Origin: an uncultured Pirellulaceae bacterium | Lineage (GTDB): Bacteria; Planctomycetota; Planctomycetia; Pirellulales; Pirellulaceae | Direction of reading: 5' to 3' | NCBI GenBank assembly: GCA_964458685.1 | Contig: CAYWNG010000002.1 | Coordinates: 1 to 32,401, forward strand | Length of the DNA: 32,401 bases | In this document: piece after piece, positions 27,329 to 32,401 of the stretch | Layout of the letters: each line of letters opens with the position of its first letter | Numbering within the stretch: position 1 is the first letter of the stretch | The notes under the pieces: model-generated | What the model was told of the DNA's origin: nothing | What the model saw: only the letters and a program-made list of their open reading frames with translations | Database searches by the model: none | Translations under genes and position numbers: made by a program

Positions 27329-29260
27329 ATGGGTCGCATACTTGTAGCATACTTGGGGCAGGACGCCCGCGCACCATTCATTCGGTCGCTGACTGCATTC
27401 GCACTAGCTTCAACGGCATTAGCCTTTGCTTTGCCCAGCTTGGCTATTGGCGATGATAGGGTTGGATACGACCAAGTTAAAGAGATCCTTCGTAAGCGAT
27501 GCTTGACCTGCCACAATCCCGATGAGAGACGAGGCGACTTGGATCTGAAGGACTTGGCTGCAATCAAGTCGGGATCTGCTAGCGGAGCTGTTGTGGTCGC
27601 AGGGGACCCTAGCGCTAGCCTTTTGTATACGACCGTGGCACATCTGGACGATCCCGTAATGCCTCCCAATAGCCCTCGCTTGCCAGTTCGCGAACAGGAT
27701 ATCATCCGACGTTGGATCGAGGGAGGTTTGGCCGAGAAGAGTGGTTCTCCATCTGCTACTTCTGAGATGAAAGTCGCTGCTTCGGCCAATGGGGACAAAG
27801 ATGTTGCCCAAAGCAAAGTCTCAACCGCTGTTGTGGCTAAGCCTGTGATGGCGTCGAACGAAGCCAATGTCGAGACAGATAGCGTTGTTGGATCAAGGAA
27901 GCCGAGTAACAAGTTTGCTCCGGTTCGTAGTTTGCCGCAGCTTACAGCAATCAAAGCGATGGATGCTCATCCCAGCAAAAACTTGATCGCTATTGCTGGG
28001 CTTAGACAAGCTGTACTAATCGAACCAACTTCGTCCAACTTCCTCGGAGCGCTAGATGTCGATGGCAACGTAACCGCGCTTCGATTCTCGCGCGATGGAA
28101 AGCTTTTGCTTGTGGGGACAAGCCAGCCAGCGATATCGGGAACAGTCATCGCCTTCGATATTGAATCCGGTGAAAGGCTCTGGCAAGTTGGAGACGAAAC
28201 AGATTCCATTCTTGGAATGGACCTCTCGATTGACGGAAAGACTTTAGCAGTTGGAGGCCCGACCAAAACCGTTCGACTATACGACGTCTCGACTGGCAAA
28301 GTGACACATTCGCTGAAGAAGCATACGGATTGGGTCTTGGATGTGTGCTTTAGCCCAGATGGTTTACTCTTGGCAAGCGGTGATCGTTTCGGAGGAATCT
28401 TCGTGTGGGATCCCAAAAGTGGAACGGTCTTTCAGAATCTCAAGGACCACGTTGGCGCGGTACATGCTTTGGTTTGGGATCATTCGTCCGAGACTTTGAT
28501 ATCTGGTGGCGAAGATGGCATTCTACGTACATGGAATCTTCATCACGGTGAGCTATCTAGCCGCTGGGATGCTGAAGTAGGAGCTATTCTCGCGATTGAT
28601 CGTAGCTCTGATGCAATCGCCGCAGTAGGCCGCAAGAATGCACTGGTTGTTTGGAGTTCGCCGGAAGCATGTCAAGGAAGGTTTGCCTTGAATGACCAAG
28701 GGGAGGTTCTTTCAAGAACTGCCGACAATCGGTCTTTCGTTGTTGGAGATGCAAGTGGCCAGTTAACTATCCTGACTGCTAAAGGCCTGGCGCTGCAATC
28801 CGCAATTCAACTTCCTACTGAGGCTAGTTCGATCGACAAGTTGCTCGCGCGCGTCGACGCCGAGCACGAGACGTATCTTGCGAGTAAAGTTGAATTGGAC
28901 GCGGGCAAGCGAAATGCGACGCTCAAGAACTCCACGGTTACTTCTGCAGACGCTGTTTTAGCAGACAGCAATCAAGCACTCATCAGCGATCAGTCTCTGG
29001 CGATTCAACTTGCCGCAGCGAAAGAGATGATCGATCAACTACAAAAGTCCTTGCAAGCATCGAATCAATCGCTGGCCAGTTTGGCAACGCTCAATAGCGA
29101 CTTAGTCAAGCTTGTGAAACAGTCCAGTCAGATTCAAGCACAGCTCGCCGAGCAAGTGGCGGATCAAGCAAATCAATTAGAGAAGTTGCAGAGTCGAACT
29201 CAAGAGCTTAAGGCCGCTCAGGCTCATCCAACACACTTGCCTGCTCCCGCCCAAAAGTGA
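27329..29260 (+). CDS. Planctomycete cytochrome c + WD40 beta-propeller + C-terminal coiled coil
   Basis: CLTCH heme motif with G.LDL, G.SG..VV.GDP..S.L, MPP and I.RWI.GG; WD40 repeats (HTDWV....FSPDG..LASGDR.GG..VWD); Gln/Leu heptad-rich C-terminus. Confidence 0.9.
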   Translation: MGRILVAYLGQDARAPFIRSLTAFALASTALAFALPSLAIGDDRVGYDQVKEILRKRCLTCHNPDERRGDLDLKDLAAIKSGSASGAVVVAGDPSASLLYTTVAHLDDPVMPPNSPRLPVREQDIIRRWIEGGLAEKSGSPSATSEMKVAASANGDKDVAQSKVSTAVVAKPVMASNEANVETDSVVGSRKPSNKFAPVRSLPQLTAIKAMDAHPSKNLIAIAGLRQAVLIEPTSSNFLGALDVDGNVTALRFSRDGKLLLVGTSQPAISGTVIAFDIESGERLWQVGDETDSILGMDLSIDGKTLAVGGPTKTVRLYDVSTGKVTHSLKKHTDWVLDVCFSPDGLLLASGDRFGGIFVWDPKSGTVFQNLKDHVGAVHALVWDHSSETLISGGEDGILRTWNLHHGELSSRWDAEVGAILAIDRSSDAIAAVGRKNALVVWSSPEACQGRFALNDQGEVLSRTADNRSFVVGDASGQLTILTAKGLALQSAIQLPTEASSIDKLLARVDAEHETYLASKVELDAGKRNATLKNSTVTSADAVLADSNQALISDQSLAIQLAAAKEMIDQLQKSLQASNQSLASLATLNSDLVKLVKQSSQIQAQLAEQVADQANQLEKLQSRTQELKAAQAHPTHLPAPAQK

Positions 29261-29334
29261 TCGACCAGAGTCGGCGACTATTGCGGCGATTGCACCACAG
29301 AGTCAATGAAGACTTACACGTTAAGGACCAATCT

Positions 29335-30588
29335 ATGCGACTTAAAGTACTTGGTTTCCTTCTTGCAATGGTAGGCTGTCTACCATTCGTACATGCAGAC
29401 AACTGGCCTTGTTGGCGAGGACCTCGCTATGATGGCTCCGTAACCGAGGAGGATCTTCCAACAAGTTGGAGCCCGACTGAGAACATTCATTGGCGCATTC
29501 CTGTTCCAGGTGTAGGACATTCCTCTCCAATCGTTTGGGATGACGCCGTATTCCTAACAACTTGCAACTTGGAAAGCCAATCAAGGGAGTTGCTTCGAAT
29601 CGATCGCCAGACCGGAAAGGTCTTGTGGAGTCGTCAAATAGCGGTGGCACCTATCGAGCCGATGCACCGCGACAACACTCCTGCATCGGCGACGCCGGTT
29701 ACCGATGGTCAACATGTTTTTGTTGTCTTTGCAGTCGATGGAAAGTTGTTGCTCTCGGCAGTCAATTTTGATGGGCAAATCGTTTGGAGCAATCGAGTTG
29801 GTGACTTTGAAGCTTCGCATGGTTTTTGTACAAATCTGGTGCTCGCGGATGGCAAAGTCTATTTGAGTGGGCTTCAGGATGGACACGATGCGTTTGTCGC
29901 GTGCTTGAGCGCGGAGACTGGGGAGATTGTTTGGAAGGTTCCTCGATCCAAAAAGATCCGTTCCTATTCGACTCCGATGTTATGTTCAATTCGGGGCACT
30001 GCAGCAGTTTTGCTTTCAGGCGCTGAGCAGACGATCGCCTACGATCGCTCGAGCGGAAAGACGTTGTGGGAGATCGACGGTCCGGGTTCCAAGACAGTCT
30101 CGTCGTTGGTGATCAGCCCAGAGCATGACATGGCGTACGTTTGCGGCGGTAGAGATAATCTGTTTTTCGCTATCGATCTGCAAAACGTAAATCACGCTTC
30201 GGAAGCGTCACCCAAGGTTGTTTGGTCGGCGAAGCGAGGAATCCCGTACATGACATCTCCCTTGTTGGCTCACGGAAAGCTACACGTGCTATCTGACGAA
30301 GGAGTTTACTCGTGTTTTGATCCAAAATCAGGCAAGCTACTCAATCAGCATCGCGCGGTAGGCAATGTTCGATCTTCGATGGTTGCTAATCGAAAGAACA
30401 TCTACATCACCGAAGAGAGCGGTCGAACTACTGTTGTCAATGCAGAGTCGGAGTGGAGTGTTGTTGCGGAAAACGATCTGGGCGAAGGTGTCGTTGCTTC
30501 GCCGGCGATTTCTAACGGTGATATTTTCATTCGCGGCGAGAAGCACCTGTTTCTCATTCGCAATGAAAAACAGGCTTCGAGTAATTGA
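29335..30588 (+). CDS. Secreted PQQ-binding-like (BamB-like) beta-propeller protein
   Basis: Signal peptide followed by DNWP.WRGP, P..WS...NI.W...PG.GHSSPIV, ASATPVTDG, YSTP and SPAISNG...IRG.KHL. ATG 29335 with an AAGGA RBS is preferred over GTG 29257. Confidence 0.9.
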   Translation: MRLKVLGFLLAMVGCLPFVHADNWPCWRGPRYDGSVTEEDLPTSWSPTENIHWRIPVPGVGHSSPIVWDDAVFLTTCNLESQSRELLRIDRQTGKVLWSRQIAVAPIEPMHRDNTPASATPVTDGQHVFVVFAVDGKLLLSAVNFDGQIVWSNRVGDFEASHGFCTNLVLADGKVYLSGLQDGHDAFVACLSAETGEIVWKVPRSKKIRSYSTPMLCSIRGTAAVLLSGAEQTIAYDRSSGKTLWEIDGPGSKTVSSLVISPEHDMAYVCGGRDNLFFAIDLQNVNHASEASPKVVWSAKRGIPYMTSPLLAHGKLHVLSDEGVYSCFDPKSGKLLNQHRAVGNVRSSMVANRKNIYITEESGRTTVVNAESEWSVVAENDLGEGVVASPAISNGDIFIRGEKHLFLIRNEKQASSN

Positions 30589-30610
30589 AGATCGATCGCG
30601 TTGCTTAGTC

Positions 30611-30631
30611 CTAGCTCCTAGCCACTAGCCC
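30611..30631. repeat. Short heptamer tandem repeat (CTAGCNN)x3
   Basis: CTAGCTC CTAGCCA CTAGCCC in the 44-bp spacer between convergent genes. Confidence 0.45.
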
Positions 30632-30632
30632 G

Positions 30633-32401
30633 CTACGATCCGATCACGCCGCCATCTTTCCGACGGATGACGATCGTTGCCGAGCGTGGTCGGCCGCCTT
30701 GAGGTCCATCGGGCCAACTGCTGAACTTCATCGGCGCACTTGTGTCGCTGATGTCGTCGGCTGGTTCGCCAGGATGTTGAATGTTGACGAACATCGTCTT
30801 GCGATCGGGAGTCATCGACATGCCCGTGATTTCGCAGCCAGTTGGACCAGTCAAAAATCTTCGCACTTCGCCAGTCGAAGGATTGGCTGCCAACATCATG
30901 TTGTGTCCCAACTCTTCGTAGCCAGGCTTGCCCATCACGCTGCTGGACATGTCGGTTTGAATCCAAAGGATGCCCGACGAGTCAAACTTCAGTCCATCGG
31001 GACAGCCGAAGTAGTCGCCCTGTGCATTTCCGCGATTGACTGGATCGGGATGAGCTGGATTGCCGCCAAGTGCAAATACGTCCCATTGGAATTCGGTTGC
31101 GGTCGCATCGTTGCCTGCTTCCGTCCAGCGAATGATGTGACCGAAGATGTTGACAGGGCGAGGATTGGCTGCGTTGGGTTCTGTTCGACTCTTGTTGTTC
31201 GTCAATGAGACGTAGACTTGCTTGGACTGCGGATGAACGGCCAGCCATTCAGGACGGTCCATGGGAGTTGCACCAGCTAGTTTTGCCGCGTGTCGTGTGT
31301 AGACACAGATATCTGCAGCGTCCATGCCGACGATAGGATCGTCTTGCTTGGAAGGAATGTTGTTCTTGCCGGGAGTTAACTCCAACCATCGTCCCTTGCC
31401 TGCCTCTTCAAACTTGGCAACGTAGAGCGTTCCCTCGTCTAGAAGTCCAGCCATTTCCCTCACGCCAGTACCTGCCGTACCAGTTTGAGTCGTTGCATCC
31501 CATTTGCCTTTGGATACAAACTTGTAGACATACTGGTTCATTTCGTCATCGCCCATGTAAACCACCACGCGCCCATCCGGTGCGACGGTGAGCTCGGCGT
31601 TCTCATGGCGAAATCGTCCTAACGCGGTTCGCTTCACTGGCGGTGCTTCAGGATTCATCGGATCAATTTCGACGACATAGCCAAAGCGTTCCGAGTCGTT
31701 GTTGGGATCGGCAATATCGAAGCGCTTGATCTGTTCCCACCAACGGAATCCGGGAATGGTCTGGCCATTGATGACGTAGTAGAAACCAAGATTGTTAAGC
31801 CCATACAACTTCTGCATGGCGGTTGGTGTGAAGTTGGGATCTGTAGTTCCAAAGACCTGCTGAATGTTCTCTTCGCAAGTTAAGTAGGTTCCCCACGGCG
31901 TTCTGCCTGCCGCGCAGTTGTTGACCGTGCCTCGAGTCGTCTCGCCGATCTTCTTCACCGCTGGGCCAGCGATCTTTGCAGGAGTGTCCGCAGTGATCCG
32001 ACGCGCTCGAAGGCTGGGTACGACTTTCCAATTCCCATCAGATTGCTTCTCAACCTCAACCACTGAAACGCCGTGTGATGCCATCGACTTGCGAACCTTT
32101 TCCAGCGGCATCTTTTGAGGAGGCAACGGCGCTAGTCCATCGCTAAACAAAAGGATCTGATCGGTGTATTCGTGATTCAGGGCCAGCATGCCACGCTGGT
32201 TAGGGTCGACTCCTGGAATGGCAAAGAACTCCATGCCATCGTGACCCATGCCTGCCTGACGCTCTTGATCGCTGGCTGTGTTGGTGGCGTCCAACTTGAA
32301 GGCCGGACCTTGTCCATCAATGGGGTCGCCCCAGCGATACAAAACTTCAGCAACGTATCCATCAGGTACGACAACACTGTCCATGTTGGATGTAGGAACA
32401 C
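30633..32401 (-). CDS. phoX: PhoX family alkaline phosphatase (DUF839), 5'-truncated by the window edge
   Basis: HDGM, NHEY, HGVS, GT.NNCA.G.TPWGTYLTCEEN, LGRF.HE, VYMGDD, MDRPEW, TNN, PDGL, QTD, CEITG, NIQHPGE. The frame is still open upstream of ATG 32384 (..VPTSN-MDSVVVPDGY), so the true start and any Tat leader lie outside the window. Confidence 0.95.
   Translation of the reverse strand, partial: VPTSNMDSVVVPDGYVAEVLYRWGDPIDGQGPAFKLDATNTASDQERQAGMGHDGMEFFAIPGVDPNQRGMLALNHEYTDQILLFSDGLAPLPPQKMPLEKVRKSMASHGVSVVEVEKQSDGNWKVVPSLRARRITADTPAKIAGPAVKKIGETTRGTVNNCAAGRTPWGTYLTCEENIQQVFGTTDPNFTPTAMQKLYGLNNLGFYYVINGQTIPGFRWWEQIKRFDIADPNNDSERFGYVVEIDPMNPEAPPVKRTALGRFRHENAELTVAPDGRVVVYMGDDEMNQYVYKFVSKGKWDATTQTGTAGTGVREMAGLLDEGTLYVAKFEEAGKGRWLELTPGKNNIPSKQDDPIVGMDAADICVYTRHAAKLAGATPMDRPEWLAVHPQSKQVYVSLTNNKSRTEPNAANPRPVNIFGHIIRWTEAGNDATATEFQWDVFALGGNPAHPDPVNRGNAQGDYFGCPDGLKFDSSGILWIQTDMSSSVMGKPGYEELGHNMMLAANPSTGEVRRFLTGPTGCEITGMSMTPDRKTMFVNIQHPGEPADDISDTSAPMKFSSWPDGPQGGRPRSATIVIRRKDGGVIGS

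Noticed and set aside
27055-27954. 299-aa minus-strand ORF
   Set aside because: Shadow of two well-supported plus-strand genes.
29257-30588. PQQ-dependent dehydrogenase or Ser/Thr kinase call
   Set aside because: Only beta-propeller repeats are visible; no kinase or dehydrogenase catalytic motifs.
32382-32384. ATG 32384 as the phoX start, implying a leaderless cytoplasmic PhoX
   Set aside because: The frame stays open to the window edge with PhoX-like residues, so the N-terminus is simply outside the window.
1-32401. CRISPR array, tRNA/rRNA, integrase, transposase or prophage genes
   Set aside because: None seen; the repeats found are short palindromes or 11-bp-phased sites without repeat-spacer structure.

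Overview
Planctomycete (Pirellulaceae-like) chromosomal window, judged from DUF1559, DUF1501, DUF1549/1553 and planctomycete cytochrome c/WD40 genes. The left 9 kb is mixed: a glutaminyl cyclase that runs off the left edge and is missing from the ORF track, an AsmA-like protein, a BON protein, a stand-alone eboE, an M1 aminopeptidase with a DUF6702-like partner, and a Uma2 nuclease, with REP-like palindromes in the spacers. From about 9.0 kb to beyond the right edge lies a coherent phosphorus-acquisition island of more than 23 kb. It has pstSCAB, an FN3-metallophosphoesterase and phoX. Interleaved with these are two DUF1559 pseudopilin + lipoprotein pairs, a vitamin K-dependent gamma-carboxylase-like (HTTM) membrane protein, a stand-alone DNRLRE protein and a DUF1501-PPC-DUF1549/1553-cytochrome c/WD40-PQQ-propeller module. 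Arrays of 11-bp-phased yTT(A/C)A(C/T) Pho-box-like repeats lie upstream of pstS, both DUF1559 genes, the phosphoesterase and, more weakly, the HTTM gene. This suggests these uncharacterised planctomycete families form a phosphate-starvation-induced scavenging system. All family calls come from motif recognition by eye; no searches were run.
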